A DNA stretch of 64,000 nucleotides from positions 3,552,001 to 3,616,000 of the forward strand of contig OZ245015.1 of the NCBI GenBank assembly GCA_965223705.1, written 5' to 3'. The notes below the pieces were generated by a model. The model ran no database searches, had not been told where the DNA came from, and saw only the letters and a list, made by a program, of their open reading frames with translations. A program made the position numbers and the translations under genes. Source of the DNA: Myxococcota bacterium. Lineage in GTDB: Bacteria > Myxococcota_A > UBA9160 > UBA6930. How positions within the stretch are numbered: position 1 is the stretch's first letter; each line of letters starts with the position of its first letter. This document shows positions 55,813 to 64,000 of the stretch, one piece after another.

Positions 55813-57636
55813 CTACTCGATGGTGAGCCCCTCGAAACGCCCCTTCTCGCGCCAGTCGGCGAGCATCTCGTAGAAAGCGATCACGCCGTCGGGGTAGGAG
55901 GTTTCGAGGAACCCGTTGCCGTCGCTCTTGCCCTCGGCGTTGTAGTACCCGGGCGTGCACTTGGCTTGGTAGTCGCGCATGAAGCTCGGTCCGGTGACGA
56001 GCTTCACCCAGGCTTCTTCGGCCTCGGGGGTGGGCTCGGCCGTCTTCGCACCCTGTCCGTTCATCTGATCGATGATGTGCGCGATGTGCTGGGCTTGACC
56101 GTCCAACATGAAGGTGAAGTTCGGCGCGAGCCCCGTCTGCGTGAGCCCCATGTGGAAGAGGTTCGGAAAACCGACGCTCAAGAAGCCGTGGAACGTACGC
56201 ATCCCGTCGTCGGCCCAGGCTTCTGTCAGTGAGCGACCTTCGCGACCGAAGACCTCGAACTCAGCGCGGCGGGTGTAGGCCGTACCGACCTCGAAACCGG
56301 TGGCGAAGATCAAGCAATCCACCTCGTACTCGGTTCCGTCGACGACCACCCCGGTCTTGGTGACACGCTCGACACCCTGGCCCTGGGTATCCACCAACGT
56401 CACGTTGGGCCGATTGAAGGTCGGTAGGTACTCGTCGTTGAAGGTCGGGCGCTTGCACCACTGGCCGTACCAGGCCTTCAGGTTCTCGGCGGTCTGCGAA
56501 TCGCTTACGGTATTGGATACGCGGTCGCGTACCTCATTCATCTTCTGGAAGTCCGCGATCTCCGAAAGCGCCGCTACCTCCTCATCGGAAAGATCCGAGT
56601 CGTCGGCGCTCGACATGAGCTTCGACAGGTTCTTGAAGAGACCGGTCCAGCGATCGTTCACGAGGTCTTCCTCGACGGGCACGCCGGCCAGGATCGAGCA
56701 GAAGTTGACGCTGCGTCGGTGCTGCCAACCGGGCTCGAGGCTTTCGGCCCATTCGGGGTCTGTCGGCATGTTGCCCCGCTCGTCCACGGACGAAGGCGTG
56801 CGCTGAAATACGAAGAGCTGCTTCGCATGGGCACCGAGATGCGACACGGCTTGAATTGCCGTGGCCCCGGTTCCGATGATGCCCACGCGCTTGTCGGCGA
56901 GCTTTGTGAGCCCCCCCGTCGAATCCCCGCCCGTGTACGCGTAGTCCCAGCGGCTGGTGTGAAACGTGTGCCCTTCGAAGTTCTCGATCCCCGGAATCGC
57001 CGGCAGCTTCGGCTTGTTGAGCGGGCCACTCGCCATCAAGACGAAGCGCGCTCTGAACGTATCGCCACGATCGGTGGTGATGACCCAGCGTGAGGTGGCC
57101 TCGTTCCAACGGGCTTCTTTCACCTGGGTCTGGAAGCACGCCTTCTCGTAGAGGTTGAAGTGCCGTCCGATGCGCTGCGCGTGCGCGAGGATCTCCGGAC
57201 CGAAGGAATACTTCTCCTTGGGGATGTATCCGGTTTCCTCGAGAAGCGGCAGGTACACATAGGACTCGATATCGCACTGGGCGCCGGGGTAGCGGTTCCA
57301 GTACCACGTGCCCCCGAAATCGCCGGCCTTCTCGAGAATGCGCAAATTGTCGATCCCCACGCGCTGGAGCCGCGCCGCGGCCAAAAGCCCGCCGAAACCG
57401 CCGCCGATCACCAACGCATCGAGTTCCTCGTCGATGGCCTGACGGGTGAAGCCCGGTTCGACATACGGATCTTCGTTGTAGTGCGCGTTCTCCCCGACCA
57501 TTTCCCGGTATTGATCGTTTCCGTCGACGCGGATGCGCCGGTCGCGCTCCATCGCGTAGCGCTGACGGAGCTCCTGCGGATCGAATCCCAGTTCTTCGGG
57601 GGTGGGGATCGGGCTGTTGTGGAGTTGCGCTGTCAT
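55813..57636 (-). CDS. Baeyer-Villiger monooxygenase (large-ring ketone type-like)
   Basis: GGGFGG, GGTWYWNRYPG, FEGHTFHTSRWD, GTGATA, WCKRP, CTPGYYN.EG. Confidence 0.92.
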   Translation of the reverse strand: MTAQLHNSPIPTPEELGFDPQELRQRYAMERDRRIRVDGNDQYREMVGENAHYNEDPYVEPGFTRQAIDEELDALVIGGGFGGLLAAARLQRVGIDNLRILEKAGDFGGTWYWNRYPGAQCDIESYVYLPLLEETGYIPKEKYSFGPEILAHAQRIGRHFNLYEKACFQTQVKEARWNEATSRWVITTDRGDTFRARFVLMASGPLNKPKLPAIPGIENFEGHTFHTSRWDYAYTGGDSTGGLTKLADKRVGIIGTGATAIQAVSHLGAHAKQLFVFQRTPSSVDERGNMPTDPEWAESLEPGWQHRRSVNFCSILAGVPVEEDLVNDRWTGLFKNLSKLMSSADDSDLSDEEVAALSEIADFQKMNEVRDRVSNTVSDSQTAENLKAWYGQWCKRPTFNDEYLPTFNRPNVTLVDTQGQGVERVTKTGVVVDGTEYEVDCLIFATGFEVGTAYTRRAEFEVFGREGRSLTEAWADDGMRTFHGFLSVGFPNLFHMGLTQTGLAPNFTFMLDGQAQHIAHIIDQMNGQGAKTAEPTPEAEEAWVKLVTGPSFMRDYQAKCTPGYYNAEGKSDGNGFLETSYPDGVIAFYEMLADWREKGRFEGLTIE

Positions 57637-57750
57637 GGGGGTACTTCCTGATGATCGGCTCGGGTGGCCTCGGGCGTAGAATTATACACGAGCGTGAGCG
57701 GAGAATTTTGGTGGCATCGCGGGGTGTATATTGTGGCAGAAGGAGACGCC

Positions 57751-58920
57751 ATGCCGCTTCAGCAGTCCGACCCCAAGGATCTGGGCCTCGATGCCAGTCG
57801 GCTCGCCCAGGTCGAAAACGCCATCGCTCGAGACATTGAAAGCGAACGCTACGACGGAGCCGCCCTCGCCGTTGGACGCCATGGTTCGCTGGCTCTCTAT
57901 TCAGTGCAGGGCTTTGCCGAACGTGCATCGGGGCGCATGCTGAAGGAAGACGACGTTTTCGTCACCTTCTCCTCCGGCAAGCAGTTCACCACCTGTGCCG
58001 TCTTGCGCTTCGTCGAGCGCGGTCTCCTGCAGCTTCACCAACCCGTGGCCGACGTCATCCCCGAGTTCGCCGTCTGTGGCAAGGGCACGATCTCACTCCA
58101 CCAACTGCTCACGCACACGAGCGGCATTCCGCCCTATCCGCCTCCCCTCCCGCCCGAGGACTCGATGCGCCTCGACAAGGTCGTCGCCGCCGTGTGCGGC
58201 ATGGCACCCGAGACACTCCCCGGGAAGGCGGTGAAGTATTCCGTGCTGACGGCACACGCCGTGATGGCGGAGATGATGCGCCGGGTCGACGGAGGGTCGC
58301 GAAGCTTCGGCGAGATCGTCGCGGCCGAGATCTTCGAACCGCTCGGCATGAGCGAAACCTCGCTCGGCGTGCCGAACACGCTTGCCGAGCGACGCTGCCC
58401 GGTCGTGGTGCGCGACCGATCTCCGGGCCTACTCCCTCCGGAGCTCGTCGAGAGCCTCGGCAACGCGTTGGATGCGTCGAGCGAGATCCCCGCCGGCGGC
58501 TACGTCACGACCCTGCGCGACTTTGCGCGTTTCGCCGAGGCACTCCGGGCCGGCGGTGAGATCGACGGCGTGCGTTGGCTCTCCCCGGTGACCCTCGACC
58601 TCGCGACGCGCAACTACACGGGGCGGATGCCCAACGACCTGTGGAACTACGCCGTCGAAGCCCGTGGCTGGCCCGTCTTCCCGGCCTATCTCGGGCTGGG
58701 CTTCTTCCTGCGCGGCAAAGGCACGCACCCCACCCCCTTCGGTTCCCTGGCAACGCCGCGCACCTTCGGCGGGGTCGGCGCGGGATCGACAACCTTCTTC
58801 GTCGATCCAGAGCGCGACCTCTTCTACGCCTTCCTGTCGACGGGGCTCCTCGAGGAGAGCCGATCGACAGAACGGCACCAGCAACTGGCCGACATGGTGC
58901 TCTCGTCGATCGTGGCCTAG
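57751..58920 (+). CDS. Serine hydrolase of beta-lactamase/esterase VIII fold
   Basis: FSSGK (SxxK), LLTHTSG, KYS, IFEPLGM. Confidence 0.85.
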   Translation: MPLQQSDPKDLGLDASRLAQVENAIARDIESERYDGAALAVGRHGSLALYSVQGFAERASGRMLKEDDVFVTFSSGKQFTTCAVLRFVERGLLQLHQPVADVIPEFAVCGKGTISLHQLLTHTSGIPPYPPPLPPEDSMRLDKVVAAVCGMAPETLPGKAVKYSVLTAHAVMAEMMRRVDGGSRSFGEIVAAEIFEPLGMSETSLGVPNTLAERRCPVVVRDRSPGLLPPELVESLGNALDASSEIPAGGYVTTLRDFARFAEALRAGGEIDGVRWLSPVTLDLATRNYTGRMPNDLWNYAVEARGWPVFPAYLGLGFFLRGKGTHPTPFGSLATPRTFGGVGAGSTTFFVDPERDLFYAFLSTGLLEESRSTERHQQLADMVLSSIVA

Positions 58921-58965
58921 GACGACTCGCAACGGCAACGCGACAAAGCGCGGCTTGATTCGCGC

Positions 58966-60579
58966 CTAGCTAAACCTGAAACCTCGGTACCCATCGGCGG
59001 CGATGGCGTTCATCTCTTCCATATATCCAGCCATCCCGCCCATGTAGAACATCGAACTGCGGGGCTTGCCCGGGACATTGGTCCCGTTGATCCAGCTATC
59101 CGTCACCGCGAAGAGCGTCCCTGCCATTTGTTCCTGGCACTTCTCGACCCACGCGCGCTCGGCAGCCTCGTCCGTGTCCACGACGGCTCCCCGCCTTTCC
59201 GCTTCCATGATGAGCTCGGTGAACCAGTCGATCTGCCACTCATGCACCAGGGGCTGGCTCGTGAACGGGCCGAAAGGACCGAAGATCATGAAGAGGTTCG
59301 GAAACTGTGCGATCGACATTCCGCAGTATGCGTGCGGTCCGTCCTTCCATTTGGCTTGCAGCGTGTGCCCTTCCCGGCCAGCGGTCTGGATCTTCAGATA
59401 GTTTCCGGTTACCGCGTCAAAACCGGTCGCCAGGATCACCGCGTCGAGTTCGATTTCCCGATCCGCAGTCACGAGCCCGTTGCGGCTAAAGCCCTCGATC
59501 GGCGCCGACGCGACGTCGACCAGGGTGACATTCTCTCGGTTGAAGGTTTCGTAGTAGCCATCTGCAGCGAGCGGCCGCTTGGCGTAGTAGTCCTTGGGCG
59601 TCAGGAGCTCTGCGGTCGCGGGATCTCGCACGATGCTTTGGATCTTCTTGCGGATGAAGTCCGTCGCCGTGTCGTTTGCCTCGGGAGAGACGACGATGTC
59701 GGAAAAGGTCTCGAGCATGAAGGCGAAACCGTTGCCCTTCTGCCAGGCCTTTTCATAGACGCGCTCGAGCTCTTCGGCCGAGACGCTGAGAGCTGACACC
59801 GTGCTCTCCTTGAACCCGAACACCGCTCCGCTATCTAGGGCCCAATCTCGGAATGCGACGGGATCCTTCCGAATGCGTTGGCGTGTGTCGTCCGGAAATG
59901 GGCCCAGACCCAACGGGACACACCATTGCGGCGTGCGTTGGAAGACATAGAGGTGATCGACGCGATCCGCGAGCGCTGTGACGAGCTGAATACCGGTCGA
60001 TCCGGTGCCGACGATTCCGACACGCTTTCCGGAAAGATCCGGCTCTTCGTCTGGCCACTTCGAAGCGAGTAGGACCTTGCCTTCGAACTTCTCCTGGCCC
60101 GCGAAGCGTGGCGCGTAGGAAGACGAAAGAAGACCGACTCCTTCGATGACGTACCGGGCCGCGATGGTTTCGCCTGCCTCGGTCGTCAAGAGCCACCGGC
60201 CGTTATTTTCGCTCCACTTTGCGCTGGCAATCCGCGTGCTGAGATGGATCGACCGCTTGAGGTCGTGCTTGTCAGCGACAGCGTTCAGATACTTGAGCAC
60301 CTCAGGCTGGCGCGCGTATCGTTCCGTCCACTCCCACGTCGCGAGTAGCTCCCTGTCAAAAGAGTACGCGTACACCGAGGATTCCGTGTCCACGCGGCAT
60401 CCGGGGTAGCGGTTCCAGAACCAGGTTCCACCGACGCCCGGAGCGTCGTCAAAGCTTGCGGCGTTCATGCCGAGCTGATCTCGTACGCGCTGGAGCGCGT
60501 AGAGCCCGCCGACACCCGCCCCGATGATGGCGACGTCGAGCTTCATACCATCGACTGATTTTTTTTGTCCGACTGCCAT
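58966..60579 (-). CDS. Baeyer-Villiger monooxygenase (cyclohexanone monooxygenase-like)
   Basis: GAGVGG, GGTWFWNRYPG, GTGSTG, AKRP, ATGFDA, SWINGTNVPGK. Atypical fingerprint FEGKVLLASKWP. Confidence 0.88.
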   Translation of the reverse strand: MAVGQKKSVDGMKLDVAIIGAGVGGLYALQRVRDQLGMNAASFDDAPGVGGTWFWNRYPGCRVDTESSVYAYSFDRELLATWEWTERYARQPEVLKYLNAVADKHDLKRSIHLSTRIASAKWSENNGRWLLTTEAGETIAARYVIEGVGLLSSSYAPRFAGQEKFEGKVLLASKWPDEEPDLSGKRVGIVGTGSTGIQLVTALADRVDHLYVFQRTPQWCVPLGLGPFPDDTRQRIRKDPVAFRDWALDSGAVFGFKESTVSALSVSAEELERVYEKAWQKGNGFAFMLETFSDIVVSPEANDTATDFIRKKIQSIVRDPATAELLTPKDYYAKRPLAADGYYETFNRENVTLVDVASAPIEGFSRNGLVTADREIELDAVILATGFDAVTGNYLKIQTAGREGHTLQAKWKDGPHAYCGMSIAQFPNLFMIFGPFGPFTSQPLVHEWQIDWFTELIMEAERRGAVVDTDEAAERAWVEKCQEQMAGTLFAVTDSWINGTNVPGKPRSSMFYMGGMAGYMEEMNAIAADGYRGFRFS

Positions 60580-61103
60580 GAGAAGCTCCCTGCGTCGTAC
60601 GCGTTTCGGTTGGCTCTTGTTACCTGTGCGCCGCGGAGGACGCGACCTCTCGCCCGCGCCGAGCGGGCAAGCCTCCTTGAGCAAGAAGCCGCGGATCGGC
60701 GAGCGCACCCCCTCTGGAGGATCTGGCCGTCCTCGTCACAGTTCTCTAGCGCGCAACGCGCCTGGCCTGTCCCGACCCGCACGTTGCTTGATCCGTCCGA
60801 CGCGGTGGCGGGTTCCTCAGCGCACGAGCGTCTCACCTGCGTACCGGAAGCGCGGGTACTTTCTGGTGCCCGGTCGAAGGTCTGCCAAAGGGTCGAGCCT
60901 CACCGCTGCGTTTTTGATGTCAGGCTCTCCTGTATAGGGGGACCTCGCAATCGGCGAAGCAGAGATTCGCCGCACTCCGCGCCCGCGACCGCTAGATCGT
61001 CTGAAAGCAGCAGCAAAACCCTGCTCTTCGCCTAAACCATCCGGCGCGTCGGCGGCTTACCCAGCGAAGGTGCGCCTTAGTTGCGCACCAGAAACGCCTG
61101 CAC

Positions 61104-61196
61104 TTATTGGGCCCGGGTCGAGTCGACGGAGAAGTCGTGCTGCATAGCGACCACGATGACGGCGCTTCGCCTCGGATCGAAGCGATCGATGACCAT
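61104..61196 (-). pseudogene. Isochorismatase/cysteine-hydrolase N-terminal remnant
   Basis: AGGAGG SD then MVIDRFDPRRSAVIVVAMQHDF, resembling the family DP..TAL.V.DMQNDF with the catalytic Asp lost, followed by an early stop. Confidence 0.55.
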
Positions 61197-61326
61197 GGGC
61201 CTGAAACCTCCTACTCGGTTTGGCTCGGAAACCACTCCTTGCGAAGACGAATGTCCTCCGACTCGCCCCGGCTGTTGTACCCTGTGCTCCTCGAGTGATT
61301 CTAGCCCGGAGGGATAAGGACCGGAC

Positions 61327-62109
61327 ATGCTGCCCTTACACACGGCACTGCTGCTTCTGTCGTTCGCTCTCTTCGCGTTTGCCAGCACCTCAGCCAGCGC
61401 CCTCGGGATCCGCATCAACAGCGCAACGATTGGTCACGACCACGGAGGCGTCGGAACGGTCTTCGCCGTCATCGACAGAAACTCGTTCTCCGACTTCGAC
61501 CTCGACTGTGCTTCCGCGTCGCGGTGCACGATCAAAGACTTTTGGTTCGGTGACAGCGCGACAAACTCGCACATCGGAACTGCCCCGATCCTCAGCACAA
61601 CGCGCGAGTGGCGGATGCAAGACTCAAGTGGCGCTCTAATCGATCCGAGCTTTCCCTACAGCAACGGAACCTCGGACATCGAGCTGACACTCGGCCCGGA
61701 CGGGCTTGTGACGAGCAATACGCAATACGTCGAATCGTACGCCCGAAATATCTTCGGTGCCGAAGCCATCGGTGAAGATTTCAGCTTCGCGCTCTCGACC
61801 GACGGAAGCTCGTTCCCCCGCGGCGGCCCGTCGAACAACATCGGCTGTGCGAACGCGGACCTCGGGGGCTTCTTCGACATGTCCGCCAGCGGTGCGACGA
61901 TCCCGACCGGCTCCGCGTTTACGAATGGCTTCAATTCGGGAAGCACGGGCACGCTGGTTGCCGTCGGCTGTTACTTCCGCGAAGAGGACACCTATGAGGT
62001 TCCCTTGGTCGTGACCTTGGACGTCGAGGTCATTCCCGAGCCGTCGGCAGCGCTGCTCTTCGTGGCCGGTCTCGGCGGAGTCGTTTGGTTTGGAAACCGC
62101 CGCCGCTAG
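61327..62109 (+). CDS. PEP-CTERM sorting-signal exported protein
   Basis: Signal peptide and C-terminal VIPEPSAALLFVAGLGGVVWFGNRRR. Confidence 0.9.
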   Translation: MLPLHTALLLLSFALFAFASTSASALGIRINSATIGHDHGGVGTVFAVIDRNSFSDFDLDCASASRCTIKDFWFGDSATNSHIGTAPILSTTREWRMQDSSGALIDPSFPYSNGTSDIELTLGPDGLVTSNTQYVESYARNIFGAEAIGEDFSFALSTDGSSFPRGGPSNNIGCANADLGGFFDMSASGATIPTGSAFTNGFNSGSTGTLVAVGCYFREEDTYEVPLVVTLDVEVIPEPSAALLFVAGLGGVVWFGNRRR

Positions 62110-62279
62110 TCGACCCCACGTCTTCACCGAGACCGACGATCCTCGGGGCGCTTCAGGCCGAACCGACAACCGGAGTCGATCCGCTCGATTTCTCGCGCGA
62201 CTAGGCCGTTCTCACGCGTCCCTGACGCGCGGGATCGCCTCAAGTTGGGCGTTCGAAATCTCTTGAAGTGCGCAGTCTT

Positions 62280-62546
62280 CTATGCGCCGGGTCGGAGGCG
62301 GCGCGCTCGGCTCCCGTGGGCCTTGGCGACCTGCCTGGTTTCACCGAGCCCCTCGATGCCGCCCCCGGCTTTCAGGAACTGGGGCGGTTTCATGCCGAGT
62401 CCGACGCCAGCCGGAGTGCCCGTCGAGATCACGTCTCCCGGTAGCAGTGTCATGAACTGGCTGACGTAGCTGATCAAGGTCGGCACGTTGAAGATGAGAT
62501 CCGCGGTCGTGCCGTCTTGCTTCATCTCCCCATTCACCTTCACCAC
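62280..62546 (-). pseudogene. Fumarylacetoacetate-hydrolase family C-terminal remnant
   Basis: [16 protein letters not shown]...[17 protein letters not shown]...FLKAG, with no N-terminal half upstream. Confidence 0.75.
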
Positions 62547-62711
62547 ATTCGCAACGCATGGATGTCACCGAGCTGTGGCGAGGAAGGGACCGAGAGGGGC
62601 AAAGGTGTCGGCGCTAATGATAAATCTTTAGGCCCTGTTGTCGGACGTGAACCAATCATCGCCGCGGAAACTAGTTCTGGCCCTAAAAAACCAAATAGAT
62701 CCGATAGTTAC

Positions 62712-62741
62712 TGGTGGACGCGGCGGGGATCGAACCCGCGT
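62712..62741 (-). mobile_element. Isolated tmRNA/tRNA-Ala-like 3' end (probable att site)
   Basis: Minus strand ACGCGGGTTCGATCCCCGCCGCGTCCACCA = T-stem GCGGG/CCCGC, loop TTCGATC, acceptor strand ending TCC-A-CCA. No matching 5' half is visible. Confidence 0.7.
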
Positions 62742-62803
62742 GCGATTCAATCAACTCAGGGACTTACGCCCGAAATAGGCTCCTGCGGGCCTCCTGGACA
62801 GAC

Positions 62804-62840
62804 AACCCAAATTTGAGGTTATACGACCCAATAATTGGGT
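62804..62840. promoter_or_regulatory. Two related palindromes (AACCCAAATTTGAGGTT; ACCCAATAATTGGGT): putative operator of the wHTH gene
   Basis: Perfect 7-1-7 inverted repeat at 62826-62840 and an imperfect copy at 62804-62820, just upstream of ATG 62874. Confidence 0.7.
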
Positions 62841-62873
62841 TATCCTACAGGTTCCCCGATACGGTCGGTCAAC

Positions 62874-63206
62874 ATGCTGGAAGGCATCTTCGGAAACGCC
62901 AGCGCCGAGAAGATCCTGCTCTATCTCGAGCAGTATGAGGAAGGCTACGCGACAGCGATCGCCCGAACCTTCGATGACCTCTCGCTCAACATGGCGCAGC
63001 GGCAGCTCGAGCGTTTCGAGCGCGCCGGAGCCTTGGTGAGCTCGCTCCAGGGACGCACCCGCCTCTACACCTGGAATCCCCGTTATCCGTTTCGGCGCGA
63101 GCTACGCGCTCTCCTGCGTAAGGCGCTCGACCAGCTACCGGCCTCCGAGCGCAAGCGTTATTTCACTGAGCGCAGACGGCCGCGCAGAACGGGCAAGCCT
63201 CTTTGA
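62874..63206 (+). CDS. Winged-helix DNA-binding protein (putative antitoxin/autoregulator)
   Basis: KILLYL....GYATAIAR......QRQLERFERAGALVS...GRTRLY.WNP. Confidence 0.75.
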   Translation: MLEGIFGNASAEKILLYLEQYEEGYATAIARTFDDLSLNMAQRQLERFERAGALVSSLQGRTRLYTWNPRYPFRRELRALLRKALDQLPASERKRYFTERRRPRRTGKPL

Positions 63207-63760
63207 GCAAGAAGCCTCGGATCAGTGCGCGCACCTCTCTCGAGGATCTGGCCGCCCTCGTCTGCTCGACGCTCGAAGCGCACGGCATCTCGGTCGTCCT
63301 CTCCGGCGGCGCGGTCGTCTCGATCTACTCCGACACGGAGTACGTCTCGTATGACCTCGACTTCGTTCCGATCGGGCTCGCCCGCAAGGTCGACGCCGCC
63401 ATGCAGGGCCTCGGCTTCGAGAAGACGCAGCGCCACTGGACGCATCCGAAGAGCCGCTACTGGGTCGAGTTCCCGCCCGGTCCCGTCGCGATCGGAGAGG
63501 AGACCATCCGCGACTTTGCGGAGCGCGAGACACGGATGGGGACGCTGCGACTCCTGGCCCCCACGGAGTGTGTCATGGACCGGCTCGCCTGGTACTTCCA
63601 CGACGCGGACACGCAGTGTCTCGAACAAGCGGTGGAGGTTGCGACGCGACATCGCGTGGATCTGAAGCGCATCGCGCGGTGGGCGCGCAACCAGCGGCCA
63701 CATGGCGAGGCGCGGTTTCGAGAGTTCGAGGGGCGACTGCGGGAGGCTTCCGGCCGGTAG
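63203..63760 (+). CDS. Pol-beta-superfamily nucleotidyltransferase-like protein (putative toxin)
   Basis: VVLSGGAVVSIYS....SYDLDFV (GG...DxD). 4-bp TTGA overlap with the wHTH gene. Confidence 0.7.
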   Translation: MSKKPRISARTSLEDLAALVCSTLEAHGISVVLSGGAVVSIYSDTEYVSYDLDFVPIGLARKVDAAMQGLGFEKTQRHWTHPKSRYWVEFPPGPVAIGEETIRDFAERETRMGTLRLLAPTECVMDRLAWYFHDADTQCLEQAVEVATRHRVDLKRIARWARNQRPHGEARFREFEGRLREASGR

Positions 63761-63855
63761 GCCTATCTGAGCCACGGGGAAGAGGGCGAAGGGGCCCCCG
63801 CGATTGCCCCCACCGGAGTCCCCGAGCTTCGGTAGGATGGCCGCCAGGAGGACCC

Positions 63856-64000
63856 ATGCAGAACATCACATGGACCATCGGAGACGTCCGGATCACCCGC
63901 ATCGTGGAGGTGGAGGCCCAGCTTCCCTTCGAGGAGTTCCTGCCCCAGGCGAGCCCCGAGGCGCTCGCGCCCTACGAGGAGTGGTTGCGGCCGCACTTCC
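63856..64000 (+). CDS. Probable MBL-fold metallo-hydrolase, N-terminal part (runs off the window)
   Basis: AGGAGG SD then MQNITWTIGDVRITRIVE...WLRPHF, a typical N-terminus; the catalytic motif is not in the window. Confidence 0.6.
   Translation, partial: MQNITWTIGDVRITRIVEVEAQLPFEEFLPQASPEALAPYEEWLRPHF

Noticed and set aside
57751..58920. Beta-lactamase resistance gene
   Set aside because: No signal peptide and no KTG motif; it sits between BVMOs, consistent with an esterase.
60559..60566. T8 run as a phase-variable tract in the BVMO 5' end
   Set aside because: It is in frame (QKK), short, and a downstream Met (60546) precedes the first conserved motif.
62712..62800. Complete tRNA or tmRNA gene
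   Set aside because: No D-arm, anticodon arm or complementary 5' acceptor strand could be found adjacent; only the 3' 30 nt are present.
1..64000. CRISPR array, rRNA, integrase or transposase
   Set aside because: No regularly spaced repeat-spacer array, no rRNA-like segment and no recombinase/transposase motifs were seen by eye.

Overview
GC-rich bacterial window, probably from a Gram-negative organism: it encodes an outer-membrane barrel and a PEP-CTERM protein. A Myxococcota/deltaproteobacteria-like origin is a guess from gene content only. About 55 intact CDS and 5 gene remnants are visible. (1) 1-6.8 kb: a minus-strand operon of 'thermostable hemolysin'-family protein, adenylate-forming ligase, heme-oxygenase-like (TenA/PqqC) diiron protein and SDR, preceded by a porin plus small periplasmic protein and a divergent OmpR-type two-component system. 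The same 11-bp-period TTCAT box lies upstream of the operon and of the response regulator. (2) 6.8-60.6 kb: a dense catabolic region with 6 luciferase-like monooxygenases, 3 Baeyer-Villiger monooxygenases, a CYP153-like P450, a FAD monooxygenase fused to cytochrome b5, 4 APH-fold small-molecule kinases, acyl-CoA dehydrogenases, BadI, a thiolase/DUF35 pair, a hydantoinase A/B pair, lactonase-like propellers, amidohydrolases, an MMPL transporter, and nhaA. (3) 60.6-64 kb: a decayed junction zone with gene remnants, a PEP-CTERM gene, an isolated 30-bp tmRNA/tRNA-Ala-like 3' end (probable att site), and a wHTH plus nucleotidyltransferase pair with palindromic operators. No CRISPR array, rRNA, complete tRNA, integrase or transposase was recognised. 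All product calls come from motif recognition by eye; no database search was run.
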